Assembly (NCBI GenBank): GCA_016302405.1 | Contig: JAEDNR010000001.1 | Span: 362 to 64,361 of the forward strand | Reading direction: 5' to 3' | Length of the DNA: 64,000 nucleotides | Origin: Oscillospiraceae bacterium | GTDB taxonomy: Bacteria; Bacillota; Clostridia; Oscillospirales; Oscillospiraceae | The notes under the pieces: generated by a model | What the model saw: the letters and a program-made list of their open reading frames with translations, nothing else | Told to the model about the DNA's origin: nothing | Database searches by the model: none | Program-made: the position numbers and the translations under genes | Shown: positions 19,978 to 30,815 of the stretch, piece after piece | Layout: each line of letters begins with the position of its first letter | How positions within the stretch are numbered: position 1 is the first letter of the stretch

Positions 19978-21357
19978 ATGGAACATCTTGGCATCAAAAT
20001 GAAGGTTAAGTGTCATCCCGAACTGGATCCCGGCTTTATTCCTTTGGAAAAATTCAACCGGGCGTTCCTGGCCGGCGCGAAAAAGCCTGTCGGCATCTGT
20101 GTGGAACGTGCCGGCGGGGAAATGGCATCCTATCAGACCTATATTTACGGTACGCCGGAAATGCGCAGCGCGGACTGCTATTACATTGACCGGCTGGTAA
20201 AATTTCTGCTGTGGATGAAGGGCGGCTTCCGGATCTATGTCAGCGGCGACGAGGGAATCTATGAATACCTGCGGGATGCCTACCGTCCAGACGGGGCTCG
20301 GGCGTTTGATATGGACTTCATGGCAAGCGTGTTCGAGCGTCCCTTTGAGGTTCTCTTTACTGACCGGCTTCCCGAAAATAAGGATGCCGCGAAGTCCATC
20401 GGCGGTCATTTTTCCGGCTGCCGGATCGGCTTTGATGCCGGCGGAAGTGACCGGAAGGTTTCTGCCGTGGTGGACGGGGAGACGGTTTATTCCGAGGAAG
20501 TGGTGTGGTTTCCCAAAATCAACGCCGACCCCGATTACCACTACGAGGGCGTTGTTTCCGCGCTGAAATCCGCCGCGGCTCATATGCCCCGGGTGGACGC
20601 GGTGGGCGTCTCCACGGCAGGCGTGGTCATTGACAACCGGGTGATGCGGGCGTCCCTGTTCATCAAAGTCCCTCAGGATCTTTTTGACAGGAAAGTGAAG
20701 AACATCTATCTCCGGGCGGTGGCCGACACCTTTGGAGATGTTCCCTGCAGCGTGGTCAACGACGGCGACGTGTCCGCGCTGGCCGGTGCAGTCAGCCTGG
20801 AAAGCAATAATGTGCTGGGCATTGCCATGGGCACCAGTGAGGCAGTCGGTTTTGTGGATGAAAACGGCTGCATTACCGGGTGGCTCAACGAGCTGGCTTT
20901 CGCCCCTGTGGACGGTTCCCCCGATGCAATGTGTGACGAGTGGTCCGGGGACATCGGCTGCGGTGTCAAGTACTTCTCCCAGGACAGCGTGATTAAGCTT
21001 GCCCCTGCCGCGGGCATTGCGCTGGAGGACAGCCTGTCTCCTGCTGAGAAGCTGAAGGTGGTACAGAAGCTCATGGAGGCGGAGGATCCCCGGGCAGCCG
21101 GGATCTACCGGAGCATCGGTGTGTATCTTGCTCACAGCCTGGCGCTGTACTGGTCCTTCTACCGTTTCCACCATGTGCTGCTTCTGGGCCGGGTGATGTC
21201 CGGAAAGGGCGGCGACCTGCTCCTGGAAACCTGCCGCCGGACGCTTAACGAGGACTATCCCGAGCTGGAGAACAAGATCCATCTGGCGCTGCCGGACGAA
21301 AAATTCCGCCGGGTGGGCCAGTCCGCCGTAGCGGCCTCCATGCCCGCGGGAAAATAA
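19978..21357 (+). CDS. ROK family protein
   Basis: 'GFDAGGSDRK', 'VNDGDVSAL', 'GIAMGTSEAVG'. Confidence 0.85.
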   Translation: MEHLGIKMKVKCHPELDPGFIPLEKFNRAFLAGAKKPVGICVERAGGEMASYQTYIYGTPEMRSADCYYIDRLVKFLLWMKGGFRIYVSGDEGIYEYLRDAYRPDGARAFDMDFMASVFERPFEVLFTDRLPENKDAAKSIGGHFSGCRIGFDAGGSDRKVSAVVDGETVYSEEVVWFPKINADPDYHYEGVVSALKSAAAHMPRVDAVGVSTAGVVIDNRVMRASLFIKVPQDLFDRKVKNIYLRAVADTFGDVPCSVVNDGDVSALAGAVSLESNNVLGIAMGTSEAVGFVDENGCITGWLNELAFAPVDGSPDAMCDEWSGDIGCGVKYFSQDSVIKLAPAAGIALEDSLSPAEKLKVVQKLMEAEDPRAAGIYRSIGVYLAHSLALYWSFYRFHHVLLLGRVMSGKGGDLLLETCRRTLNEDYPELENKIHLALPDEKFRRVGQSAVAASMPAGK

Positions 21358-21363
21358 GGCGGG

Positions 21364-21657
21364 AGACGGGCAAATTGGAATTTGTTGAGCTGTTTGGGCA
21401 GTGGTGTGCGGGTGGATGCGGTACGCGGCCTTGCCCCCCCGCATTTATGAGGGGGGTGGTACCAGTCCGCTTAAGTGGTACCGGGGGGAGTACGCATTTC
21501 CCGCACGGTATCGAATTTCGGACTATTTATCGTCATCCTTTCGTAGGGGACGGGTTTCCCGTCCCCCGGAATCCAGAGACTTGTTTGGGGCGGGACGGGA
21601 AACCCGTCCCCTACGATGCTTTTACGGTTGGTCCGCCAAATTCCAATTTGTTGAGTT
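21364..21657. repeat. Cassette A: bounded by 28-bp dif-like sites; carries a CCTTG/GAGGGGGG hairpin module and a GTAG-REP doublet
   Basis: Perfect 14-bp inverted repeat CAAATTGGAATTTG (21371-84) / CAAATTCCAATTTG (21637-50); perfect 25-bp REP inverted repeat 21541-65 / 21592-616. Confidence 0.8.
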
Positions 21658-21724
21658 ACCGCATTTTCCAAAAATATATAATAAAAGGAGCTGCCTCACT
21701 GCGTTAGAGACAGCTCCTTTTCTT

Positions 21725-23818
21725 TTATACAGATCTGGTCCATTCTGTAATCAGCAGTCCGGGAACCATCCAGACAAGCTGATACAGCAAGATATTAATG
21801 GGCGTGAGCAGCTGGGTGGAGCCAAGATAGGCAATCACCAGCATAATGGCAATACCCACAATGCCGCCCAGCAGGTGGACGGTTGCACCCAGGCGGGAAG
21901 CGGTGCGCAGGGCCCCGGATCCGGTAATGGTGTAGATATAGGAAGCCAGATCCTGCCGGGTGGTCAGTGCCAGCACATCGGCCTCGGGGTCCGCCTGGAT
22001 GGCTGTCAGAGTATCCCGGGTCTGCTGATCCGGAAATACCATTCTCCGGGTGCTTACGGAGAATTTGCTGCGCAGGAAGCTTTCTGTCAGCATGAAGTCC
22101 CGGGTAAGCATGACGGGAGTCAGACGGCGGGAAACCGTCAGGGAAACCAGGCCCGCGGCGGAGGAACGCATCTTCGCGTAAGAAATGGCGACCACCGCGC
22201 TGAGTTCGCCGTCAATGGCGGCATATACCGCCTGATTTACCATGGTGCCGTCAGGGATGTGAACGCCCATGTCCTGCATGAAATCCAGGGTGCCCAGCAG
22301 AACGGGCTCCCCCTGAATGATGCCGCCGATACCGCCGCTGCCGTAGTTACGGAATTCCTCCACCGGATATTCCCTGCCTCCCCGGCTGGTAAGCAGGGTG
22401 CGGAACACATTGACCAGTCCGCCGCCTGCTTCTACGATCAGGGAGGTGGTGAAGGATACGATCTCGTCGGGGGTATGCTCGCCGTAGAACTTTACGCCGT
22501 TGAGTTTGGCGGAGCCCTCGGGGAACAAGTCTTCATCCCGCAGCGGAATCACAGCCTTTCCGCAGAGCTTTTTCACACCCTGCCAGCCGCAGATCACGCT
22601 GCCCACCATGTGCAGCCGCCGTTCCAGGAGGGCGGCGGGCCGGGTGAGGGATACGAAGAAGCTGGCAGGCACCGCCACCAGCAGGGAGGTGGACAGGATC
22701 TGCACCGCCATGCTGGGCCCGTGCAGGAGCCCTGCCAGGGTGGAGATGCCAAGGCTTGCGATGAGGCTGATAAAGGCGTAGACACACTGGAGCTTTTCCG
22801 GGCCGGAGGACTTGTTGTAGGTATCCATGAAGTCCTCTACGTCACCCTGTCCGCGCAGAATACCGGGGCGTTTCTTGTAGTAGTCGGGAGATTTTACAAT
22901 GCTGCCCAGATTCACAGCCTTGCGCAGGGTATCCATCTGGGCCATCTCCGTGGAGCGGCGGTGGTAGCGTGCCCACAGTGCCATGGTCATTTCCAGGCAG
23001 AAGGCGGCGCAGCAGGGGATCCGCAGCTCCATGAGGCAGTACACCGCATCGGCGCAGCAGGCAAGGAAGGTCAGCGCCATCAGGGTGTTCAGGGTAAATT
23101 TACCGTGGAAGATGTCGCCCAGTCCGTCCAGCAGCGCGTTGGACCCAAGCAAAGCGGAAATCAGCATGGCCAGTACCTGGCTGAAGGCCAGAAACCGCAT
23201 CCGGTTTCCGGGGACCGCGCCCATGGCATAGAGGACCGCGCCGAGGGCACAAAGGGCAACCAGGGCAAGATTCAGCAAAATGGCTATCTGGAGCTTGCCG
23301 ATTCCGATTTCCTCCAGCTCGTAGTACCGCTTTTCCGGTCCCGCGATGAGCTTGGTCTTCAGCTCCCGCAGACGGGCCCGGGGAGAGAAGGGAATGGGTT
23401 CCTTTTCCGGCTGGGCGGGAGGCTCCTCCGGGTTTTCGCTGCCGTCTTCGGCGGCGGGTTCCTCTCCGGCAGCACTGTCTTCGGCAGCTTCAGCGTGAAC
23501 ATCGGAAATATCATCAATGCGGACGGTGGCGGTGGGATCCGCGGCAGCTTCCTCCCCGGCGTCTTCCTCCGGGGAAATCTGCCCGATGTCCAGCTCCTCC
23601 ATGGAATCGGGTACCGGCGTCTCATCCTCCGGCACTTCCGGGGCGGCGGGGACATCCTCAGCTCCGGCATCCGCCAAAGCTTCGGCAGGCGCTTCTTCCG
23701 CCGCTTCTGTGCTTTCTGCTGCTTCCGGTTTCTCCGGAGGCAGGTCCTTGGACGGGTCATGGAATTCCCGCATAATCGCTTCCAGGTCAAGCTCCTGGAG
23801 TTCGTCTTGATTGTCCAT
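21725..23818 (-). CDS. Membrane protein resembling a P1B-type ATPase but lacking catalytic motifs; acidic, probably disordered N-terminus
   Basis: 'FTLNTLMAL', 'LLVAVPAS', 'GSVICGWQGVKKL', 'GSGGIGGIIQGEPVLLG' follow the P1B motif order; no DKTGT. Confidence 0.65.
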   Translation of the reverse strand: MDNQDELQELDLEAIMREFHDPSKDLPPEKPEAAESTEAAEEAPAEALADAGAEDVPAAPEVPEDETPVPDSMEELDIGQISPEEDAGEEAAADPTATVRIDDISDVHAEAAEDSAAGEEPAAEDGSENPEEPPAQPEKEPIPFSPRARLRELKTKLIAGPEKRYYELEEIGIGKLQIAILLNLALVALCALGAVLYAMGAVPGNRMRFLAFSQVLAMLISALLGSNALLDGLGDIFHGKFTLNTLMALTFLACCADAVYCLMELRIPCCAAFCLEMTMALWARYHRRSTEMAQMDTLRKAVNLGSIVKSPDYYKKRPGILRGQGDVEDFMDTYNKSSGPEKLQCVYAFISLIASLGISTLAGLLHGPSMAVQILSTSLLVAVPASFFVSLTRPAALLERRLHMVGSVICGWQGVKKLCGKAVIPLRDEDLFPEGSAKLNGVKFYGEHTPDEIVSFTTSLIVEAGGGLVNVFRTLLTSRGGREYPVEEFRNYGSGGIGGIIQGEPVLLGTLDFMQDMGVHIPDGTMVNQAVYAAIDGELSAVVAISYAKMRSSAAGLVSLTVSRRLTPVMLTRDFMLTESFLRSKFSVSTRRMVFPDQQTRDTLTAIQADPEADVLALTTRQDLASYIYTITGSGALRTASRLGATVHLLGGIVGIAIMLVIAYLGSTQLLTPINILLYQLVWMVPGLLITEWTRSV

Positions 23819-23835
23819 ATTTTTTCCCTCCCGGG

Positions 23836-24621
23836 TCATGCCATGCGCTGGCGCAGGGCTTCGTACAGTAGAATGGATGCGGCGGCGGACGCGTTCAGGG
23901 AACTGATTTTCCCCCGCATGGGGATGGACAGCAGCATGTCACAGTTTTTTCGGACAAGGGGACTGATGCCGTCGCCCTCGTTGCCGATTACAATGGCGGC
24001 AGGGCCCCGTAGATCCGCCCGGTACATGGGAACGGAGCCTTCCGCGGCGGTGCCAAAGACCCAGACTCCCTTTTCCTTCAGTTCCGCGATGGCGGAATTG
24101 AGGTTTGCCACCCGGGCGACCTTCATATATTCCACAGCGCCGGCAGAGGCTTTGGCTACGGTAGCGGTAAGACCCACGCTGCGCCGCTTGGGGATGATGA
24201 TGCCGTGGGCACCGGCACATTCCGCGCTTCGCATGATCGCTCCCAGATTGTGGGGATCGGAAAGATCATCGCACAAAACCAGCAGGGGTGCTTCGCCCCG
24301 GCTTTCCGCTTCCGCGAGAATTTCGTCAATGGAGCAGTAATCCCGGGCTGCCGCCTGGGCGATGATTCCCTGATGGGCGTGGGTAAAGGACATGGCGTCC
24401 AGCTTTCGCCGGTCTACGGGAACCACGACAGCGCCCGCCTCCTTGGCCAGTGCCGCCAGGCGCTGAAGCCCCCGGTCCGTCTGCCCATCGGCAATAAAGA
24501 CCTTATCAATGGTCCGTCCGCTTCTCAGCGCCTCCTGCAGGGCGTTCCGACCCTCCAGCTGTCCTTCCGGTTCCTCCTGGGGAGGGGCCGCGGGGCGGCG
24601 TTTCTCGTTCATAGGGTTCAT
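23836..24621 (-). CDS. rlmB: 23S rRNA (guanosine-2251-2'-O)-methyltransferase
   Basis: 'DPHNLGAIMRSA', 'IGNEGDG', 'SLNASAA'. Confidence 0.93.
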   Translation of the reverse strand: MNPMNEKRRPAAPPQEEPEGQLEGRNALQEALRSGRTIDKVFIADGQTDRGLQRLAALAKEAGAVVVPVDRRKLDAMSFTHAHQGIIAQAAARDYCSIDEILAEAESRGEAPLLVLCDDLSDPHNLGAIMRSAECAGAHGIIIPKRRSVGLTATVAKASAGAVEYMKVARVANLNSAIAELKEKGVWVFGTAAEGSVPMYRADLRGPAAIVIGNEGDGISPLVRKNCDMLLSIPMRGKISSLNASAAASILLYEALRQRMA

Positions 24622-24901
24622 CTCCTGAAAACAAAAATCAATATTCTCTGCTATTATAACAGATTCCACTGGTTTTCACAAGCCTTTTTTTAAAGCAGCC
24701 CAGGAGGCTTCGGGAATGCGCAGACAGCCCGGACGGCGTGGGACGGGGATTTATACCGGAAAAGCCCAGGTTCACAGAAAATTTACTGGCTTTTTCTGAA
24801 TCATTCATTGCCTAGCGCGAAAAAATGTGTTATGATAGCCCGGAAGACCCCCATTTGGGAAAGAAGGGAGCGCCGCCCAGGTGCTCCGGGAGGCGAAGAA
24901 A

Positions 24902-26845
24902 ATGGATCCGAATCGAAATGACCAGAATCGTAATCAGAACAACAACGAGCCGGAAAAGGACAAGCCGAAAAATATATGGACGGCGCTGATCATCACCCTG
25001 GCGCTGGTGCTGATATTCAGCTGGATATTCAATGCTGTGTCCAACAGCCAGTATACCGAAACCACATACTCCGATTTTCTGGACGCGAAGGACGCGGGAA
25101 ATCTGGCGGAGGTGGAGATTCGGTATGACCGGATTGTTTACCTGACCAAGGACGAGGCGAAAAAGCCTGCCCAGAGCCAGAAGGCCTGCTATACCGGCCT
25201 GCGCAGCGGCAGCGATGTCATGGAATTGGCGGCGGAACTGCATGCCATGGGTGTTACGGTAAACGAACCTATTACCGAGGACAATTCCTTTATCATGATG
25301 ATTCTGTACTATGGCATTACCATTGCCGTGCTGTTCTTCTTCATGCGTATGCTGACCAAGCGTATGTCCGCCGACGGCGCCATGGGCGGCTTCGGCAAGA
25401 GCAAGGCCAAAATGTATATGGAAAAGCAGACCGGCGTCACCTTCAAGGATGTTGCCGGACAGGACGAGGCCAAGGAAAGCCTGGTGGAGATTATTGATTT
25501 TCTCCACAACCCCAAAAAGTACACCGACATCGGCGCGAAGCTGCCTAAGGGGGCCCTTCTGGTGGGTTCCCCCGGAACCGGCAAGACCCTGCTTGCCAAG
25601 GCTGTGGCCGGTGAGGCCGGGGTGCCCTTCTTCTCCATTTCCGGCTCTGATTTCGTGGAAATGTTTGTGGGCATGGGCGCCAGCCGGGTCCGCGACCTCT
25701 TCCAGCAGGCGGCGAAGGTGGCACCCTGTATCATTTTTATTGATGAAATCGACGCGGTGGGCCGGGCAAGAGACAATCGGTTCGGCAACAATTCCGAGCA
25801 GGAGCAGACGCTGAACCAGCTTCTTTCCGAGATTGACGGCTTTGAGCCATCCAAGGGCATTGTGTGTCTGGCTGCCACCAATCGGCCGGAGATTCTGGAC
25901 AAGGCCCTGCTCCGTCCCGGCCGTTTTGACCGGCGGATTATTGTGGACAGGCCGAACCTCCAGGGCCGTCTGGATACTCTGAAGGTCCACACCCGGAAGA
26001 TCAAGCTCAGTGAGGATGTGGATCTGCGGAAAATCGCCCAGGCGACCGCTGGTGCCGTTGGCGCAGACCTTGCGAACCTCGTGAACGAGGCTGCCCTGCG
26101 GGCGGTGCGCCTTGGCCGGAAAGCCGTGAATCAGGAGGACCTGATGGTGTCCTTTGAGACGGTTATTGCCGGTACCGAGAAAAAGAACACGGTGCTGACC
26201 GACATGGAAAAGCGGCTGGTTGCCTACCATGAGGTGGGCCACGCATTGGTGGCGGCTCTCGAAAAGCACGCTCAGCCCGTCTCCAAGATTACCATTGTGC
26301 CCCACACCTCCGGAGCCCTGGGCTACACCATGCAGATGCCGGAGGAGGAGAAATTCCTCAATACGGCTGAGGAGCTCATTACGGAGCTGCGGACCCTGGT
26401 GGGCGGCCGGGCCGCGGAGCAGCTTGTCTTCGGGGTCCAGACCACCGGCGCTTCCAACGATCTGCAGCGGGCGACAGGACTTGCAAGGAATATGGTCACC
26501 CAGTACGGCATGAGCAAAGAACTGGGCATTATGACCACCGCTTCCGTGCAGAACGCCTATCTCGACGGTCAGGCCTATATGGACTGCGCCCAGACCACCG
26601 CTGCCCAGGTGGACGGTGAGGTAAAGGCCCTCCTGGACCAGGCCCTTGCCGATGCTTCCAGGCTGCTGCGGGAGCACCGGTCACTGCTTGACGAGGTGTC
26701 CGAGTACCTGCTGGTCAAGGAAACCATCACCGGCGATGAGCTGATGGCCTATGTCAATGCCGAGAACGCTCCCAAGCTGGAAGCCGGCACAGAGCCGGAA
26801 AATGAACCCACAGCCGAGCAGACGGAAGGACCGTCAGAACGGTAA
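24902..26845 (+). CDS. ftsH: ATP-dependent zinc metalloprotease FtsH
   Basis: Two TM helices, Walker A GSPGTGKT, '[10 protein letters not shown]', 'HEVGH'. Confidence 0.96.
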   Translation: MDPNRNDQNRNQNNNEPEKDKPKNIWTALIITLALVLIFSWIFNAVSNSQYTETTYSDFLDAKDAGNLAEVEIRYDRIVYLTKDEAKKPAQSQKACYTGLRSGSDVMELAAELHAMGVTVNEPITEDNSFIMMILYYGITIAVLFFFMRMLTKRMSADGAMGGFGKSKAKMYMEKQTGVTFKDVAGQDEAKESLVEIIDFLHNPKKYTDIGAKLPKGALLVGSPGTGKTLLAKAVAGEAGVPFFSISGSDFVEMFVGMGASRVRDLFQQAAKVAPCIIFIDEIDAVGRARDNRFGNNSEQEQTLNQLLSEIDGFEPSKGIVCLAATNRPEILDKALLRPGRFDRRIIVDRPNLQGRLDTLKVHTRKIKLSEDVDLRKIAQATAGAVGADLANLVNEAALRAVRLGRKAVNQEDLMVSFETVIAGTEKKNTVLTDMEKRLVAYHEVGHALVAALEKHAQPVSKITIVPHTSGALGYTMQMPEEEKFLNTAEELITELRTLVGGRAAEQLVFGVQTTGASNDLQRATGLARNMVTQYGMSKELGIMTTASVQNAYLDGQAYMDCAQTTAAQVDGEVKALLDQALADASRLLREHRSLLDEVSEYLLVKETITGDELMAYVNAENAPKLEAGTEPENEPTAEQTEGPSER

Positions 26846-26938
26846 AACAGAGCCGGGACTTCTGAGACAACAATGGTCTCAGAAGCCCCGGCTTTCTTTG
26901 GGAGGTTCTGCCTAATGTGCATATCGGTTTAACTCAGC

Positions 26939-27048
26939 AAGTATAAAAATTGAAATTCGCTGGGCTGTTTGGACAGTGGTGTGCGTTCCGCACAGAAGCA
27001 CGCACCGTCCAAGGTAACGTAGTCAGCTAAACAATCATTTTCTGAGAT
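26939..27048. repeat. Cassette E: short chimeric cassette (left end like A, right end like C)
   Basis: GCTGTTTGGACAGTGGTGTGCG resembles 21389-410; CAAGGTAACGTAGTCAGCTAAACAATCATTT resembles 50358-88. Confidence 0.7.
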
Positions 27049-27148
27049 TAAATCAAGTACGTCTGAATTGCTGCATGCATTAGCCATTCCCGCATGGAAA
27101 TCCCCGCGCCAAATAGTGAAAGGGGCACGCGTTCGCGTGCCCCCATAA

Positions 27149-27829
27149 TTATTTCATTGCCAGAAAATCGCTGGGATCCATGGGCGTATCCTGATAGGTC
27201 ACGCCGAAATGGAGATGGGTGCCCATGGCCGTTTCCACCAGCGCCGTATCGCCTACGCAGCCGATGGCCTGGCCCAAAGTCACGGTGTCTCCCGTCTTCA
27301 CAGCCAGATCCTCCGACAGGCTGGAATAGCGGGTGGTGTAGCCGCCGATGTGGCGGATGACCACGGTATAGCCCATCGTCTCATCCTCGTAGGCAGCGTA
27401 GACGGTGCCGTCCGCCGCTGCCAGCACCTGGGTGCCCTCGGGAGCAGCAATGTCCACACCGTTGTGGACCCGCCAGTCCCGGGTGGTCTGGTTGTAGCTC
27501 AGGCAGTCCATGGAGTAGGCGGCAACCTCGTCTCCTTCAATGGGCGAGGCGGTCTTGAGTGTCTGGGGGACGGTTGCCTGGGTGGGCGCCTGGGTAGGCG
27601 CAGTCGGCGATGTGCCCTGGGTGACGGGCTGGGTGGCAATGACGGGAATGTCTTCGGTCAGGGTTTCTCCCGCCTGAACATCTCCCATGGTTTCCTGGAG
27701 GGTGACCTCCTCGGGCTTGCTTGCGTTTTTGCTATACAGATAGCCGGTGATTCCGATGGCCGCAGCGCACAGAATCAGGGCTATGTAGTAGCCCTTACCG
27801 CTGAAGCCAACATGTTTGTTGTTGCTCAT
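27149..27829 (-). CDS. M23 family peptidase, SpoIIQ-like
   Basis: N-terminal TM 'KGYYIALILC', HNGVD and HLH motifs, sigmaF-type promoter upstream. Confidence 0.8.
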   Translation of the reverse strand: MSNNKHVGFSGKGYYIALILCAAAIGITGYLYSKNASKPEEVTLQETMGDVQAGETLTEDIPVIATQPVTQGTSPTAPTQAPTQATVPQTLKTASPIEGDEVAAYSMDCLSYNQTTRDWRVHNGVDIAAPEGTQVLAAADGTVYAAYEDETMGYTVVIRHIGGYTTRYSSLSEDLAVKTGDTVTLGQAIGCVGDTALVETAMGTHLHFGVTYQDTPMDPSDFLAMK

Positions 27830-27850
27830 TTGAAAAGCACCTCCGAAGCT

Positions 27851-27880
27851 GAGTATTGCCCTGCTTTCCGGAAAATAAAC
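27851..27880 (-). promoter_or_regulatory. SigmaF-type (forespore) promoter
   Basis: Minus strand GTTTA-N15-GGCAATACTC fits the sigmaF consensus and spacing. Confidence 0.7.
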
Positions 27881-28044
27881 CAAATCCAGGAAAAAATATC
27901 CAGAAAAGTTCAGCGTTTTTTTGACCCGGGTATTTTTTTATAAAAGTTATTGACATTGCGCCGTTTTAGGGTATATTTATTCTGTCGGCTTTCGACAAAA
28001 GGGGAGAGATCCCCAAAAGAAAAAGAAAGAAACGGGGGAGGATA

Positions 28045-29166
28045 ATGTCCAAGGAACTCATCAGGCTCCGGGATCTTACCATGGAGTTCGACGGGGAGCG
28101 GATACTTGACGGTATCAATCTTTACATTAACGATCACGAATTCCTCACACTGCTGGGCCCTTCCGGCTGCGGCAAGACCACAACGCTTCGGATCATCGGC
28201 GGCTTTCTGACGCCCACATCCGGAACGGTCACCTTTGACGGGCAGACAATCAATGATGTGCCGCCCTATAAACGGCAGATCAACACGGTGTTTCAGCGGT
28301 ACGCGCTGTTTCCCCACCTGGATGTGTACGACAATATCGCTTTCGGCCTGCGGGTTGCCAAGGTGCCCAAGGACGAGGTGGACAGCCGGGTGCGGGAGAT
28401 GCTGGAGATCGTCAGCCTGAAAGGCTACGAAAACCGAAGGGTGGACAGCCTTTCCGGTGGTCAGCAGCAGCGGGTCGCCATTGCCAGAGCCCTGGTGAAC
28501 CGGCCCAAGGTACTGCTGCTGGATGAACCGCTGGGGGCGCTGGATCTGCGTCTGCGAAAGGATATGCAGAACGAGCTGAAACGCATCCAGCAGGCTATGG
28601 GCATCACGTTTATCTATGTGACCCATGACCAGGAAGAGGCGCTGTCCATGTCCGACACCGTTGTCGTTATGGATAAGGGCCGGATTCAGCAGATCGGCAG
28701 ACCTGAGGATATTTATAATGAACCGAAGAACGCCTTCGTGGCGGACTTTATCGGTGAGAGTAACATCTTGGACGGTGTCATGCTGGAAGACTACCGGGTC
28801 CGTTTCTTTGGCCGGGTCTTTGAATGTGTGGACAAGGGCTTTGCCCCCAATGAGCCTGTGGATGTTGTCATCCGTCCGGAGGACATTGACATCGTTCCCA
28901 AGGATCAGGGCCATCTGGTGGGCACCGTTACCGGTGTCACCTTTAAGGGCCTGAACTACGATATTATCGTGGAATTCAAGGGCTTCAAGTGGCTGATCCA
29001 GACCACGGATTACCATGGCATCGGCACGACCATCGGCATTCGGCTCAACCCGGAGGACATTCACATTATGCATAAGAGTGAATACTCCGGTATGTTCGGC
29101 GACTACAGCTCCTACTCCGCGGAGTACGACGAGCTGACGGAGGATGCTGACGGTGAAGAAGAATAA
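28045..29166 (+). CDS. potA: Spermidine/putrescine ABC transporter ATP-binding protein
   Basis: [13 protein letters not shown], '[10 protein letters not shown]'. Confidence 0.93.
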   Translation: MSKELIRLRDLTMEFDGERILDGINLYINDHEFLTLLGPSGCGKTTTLRIIGGFLTPTSGTVTFDGQTINDVPPYKRQINTVFQRYALFPHLDVYDNIAFGLRVAKVPKDEVDSRVREMLEIVSLKGYENRRVDSLSGGQQQRVAIARALVNRPKVLLLDEPLGALDLRLRKDMQNELKRIQQAMGITFIYVTHDQEEALSMSDTVVVMDKGRIQQIGRPEDIYNEPKNAFVADFIGESNILDGVMLEDYRVRFFGRVFECVDKGFAPNEPVDVVIRPEDIDIVPKDQGHLVGTVTGVTFKGLNYDIIVEFKGFKWLIQTTDYHGIGTTIGIRLNPEDIHIMHKSEYSGMFGDYSSYSAEYDELTEDADGEEE

Positions 29167-29977
29167 AACCGGTTTCCTCAGCATACCGTATCTGATATGG
29201 ATGACGGCCTTTACGCTGATCCCTCTGGGCGTGGTGGCTTACTATGCCCTGACGGACCCGGCCACGGGCGTGTTTTCCCTGCGTAATGTCAGGGAGCTGA
29301 GCCTGTATATGCCGGTACTGTGGCGCTCCATCGGGTATTCTCTGGTGTCCGCCCTGCTGTGCCTGGTGCTGGGCTATCCCGCGGCCTACTATATCGCCCA
29401 CTGCGGCCGTACCACCCAGAAGTTTTTGTATATGCTGGTAATGCTGCCCATGTGCATGAGCTTCCTGCTGCGGACCCTTGCCTGGGTCGGCCTCCTGCAG
29501 GATACCGGCATCATCAATAATATTCTTGCCGCTATCGGGCTGCCCAGGCTCCGGATGATCCGGACGCCGGGGGCTGTGGTGCTGGGCATGGTGTATAACT
29601 ACCTGCCCTATATGATCCTTCCGCTGTACGCCACCATCGTGAAGATTGACGGGCGGCTCATTGAAGCGGCGGAGGATTTGGGGTGCAACGGTGTCCAGGT
29701 GTTTGCCCGGGTAGTGCTGCCCCTGTCCGTCCCGGGGATCCTCTCCGGGGTGACCATGGTGTTTGTCCCGGCGGTATCCACCTTCTATATCTCCCAGAAG
29801 CTGGGCGGCACCGATACGGTGCTCATCGGCGACGTGATTGAACGTCAGTTCAAGCAGGGCAGCAACCCCAATCTGGGCGCCGCCCTGAGCCTGCTGCTGA
29901 TGATCCTGGTGTTTGTGTGCACCGGCATCATGAACCACTTCGGCGGCAGCAGTGAGGAAGGGAGCGTGATGGTATGA
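29144..29977 (+). CDS. potB: Spermidine/putrescine ABC transporter permease
   Basis: '[12 protein letters not shown]', EAA loop; operon position. Confidence 0.9.
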   Translation: MLTVKKNKTGFLSIPYLIWMTAFTLIPLGVVAYYALTDPATGVFSLRNVRELSLYMPVLWRSIGYSLVSALLCLVLGYPAAYYIAHCGRTTQKFLYMLVMLPMCMSFLLRTLAWVGLLQDTGIINNILAAIGLPRLRMIRTPGAVVLGMVYNYLPYMILPLYATIVKIDGRLIEAAEDLGCNGVQVFARVVLPLSVPGILSGVTMVFVPAVSTFYISQKLGGTDTVLIGDVIERQFKQGSNPNLGAALSLLLMILVFVCTGIMNHFGGSSEEGSVMV

Positions 29978-30789
29978 GACGGGCAAACAGAATCATGACC
30001 GTTATCATCTTCATCTTCCTGTATATTCCCATGGTGGTGCTCATTGTGGCCTCCTTCAACACCGGCAAGGACGTGACGGAGTTCAGCGGCTTTACACTGA
30101 AGCAGTATGTCAGGCTCTTTCAGGACAGGAGCCTTTTGAAGCTGCTGGCAAACTCTCTGATCATTTCGGTCCTCGCAAGCTTTATTGCTACGGTTTTTGG
30201 TACGGTGGCGGCGCTGGGTATCCACAATCTGAATCCCAAAATGCGCAAGGTGGCAATGACCCTGACGGATATTCCCATGACCAATCCGGACATTGTCACC
30301 GGTGTGTCGCTGTCGCTGCTCTTTGTGTTTGTGGGAACCAAAATGCTTGGCCAGCGGAACAGTCTGACTTTCTGGACGCTGCTCATTGCCCACATCACCT
30401 TTAACCTGCCCTATGTCATCCTGAACGTGATGCCTAAGCTCAAGCAGATGGATGCCTCCCTTGTGGACGCGGCTATGGACTTGGGCTGCACCCGGGTGCA
30501 GGCTTTCTTTAAGGTGACGGTCCATGAGATCATGCCCGGTGTGGTTTCCGGCGCGATCATGGCCTTTACCATGAGCCTTGACGACTTTGTTATCAGCTAC
30601 TTTGTCACGGGGCCCAGCTTTATCACCCTCCCGGTGGAGATCTATTCCTATACCAAAAAACCCATTCAGCCGAAGATCTACGCCATGTTTACACTGCTGT
30701 TTTTGATCATCTTCGTGCTGATGACCGCCATGAATCTGATGCAGCTTGTGTCTGACCGGAAGAAAGCCGTGTCCCACATTGGGCATTGA
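29974..30789 (+). CDS. potC: Spermidine/putrescine ABC transporter permease
   Basis: 'FTMSLDDFVIS'; operon position. Confidence 0.9.
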   Translation: MRRANRIMTVIIFIFLYIPMVVLIVASFNTGKDVTEFSGFTLKQYVRLFQDRSLLKLLANSLIISVLASFIATVFGTVAALGIHNLNPKMRKVAMTLTDIPMTNPDIVTGVSLSLLFVFVGTKMLGQRNSLTFWTLLIAHITFNLPYVILNVMPKLKQMDASLVDAAMDLGCTRVQAFFKVTVHEIMPGVVSGAIMAFTMSLDDFVISYFVTGPSFITLPVEIYSYTKKPIQPKIYAMFTLLFLIIFVLMTAMNLMQLVSDRKKAVSHIGH

Positions 30790-30815
30790 TGTCTTACCCA
30801 GAAAGGAGAAACAGA

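Noticed and set aside
21401..24340. 979-aa plus-strand ORF and other long antisense ORFs (e.g. 57338-60205, 17522-19519, 37552-39702, 24830-26677)
   Set aside because: They are shadows of real genes on the opposite strand, expected at high GC3, and have no recognisable motifs.
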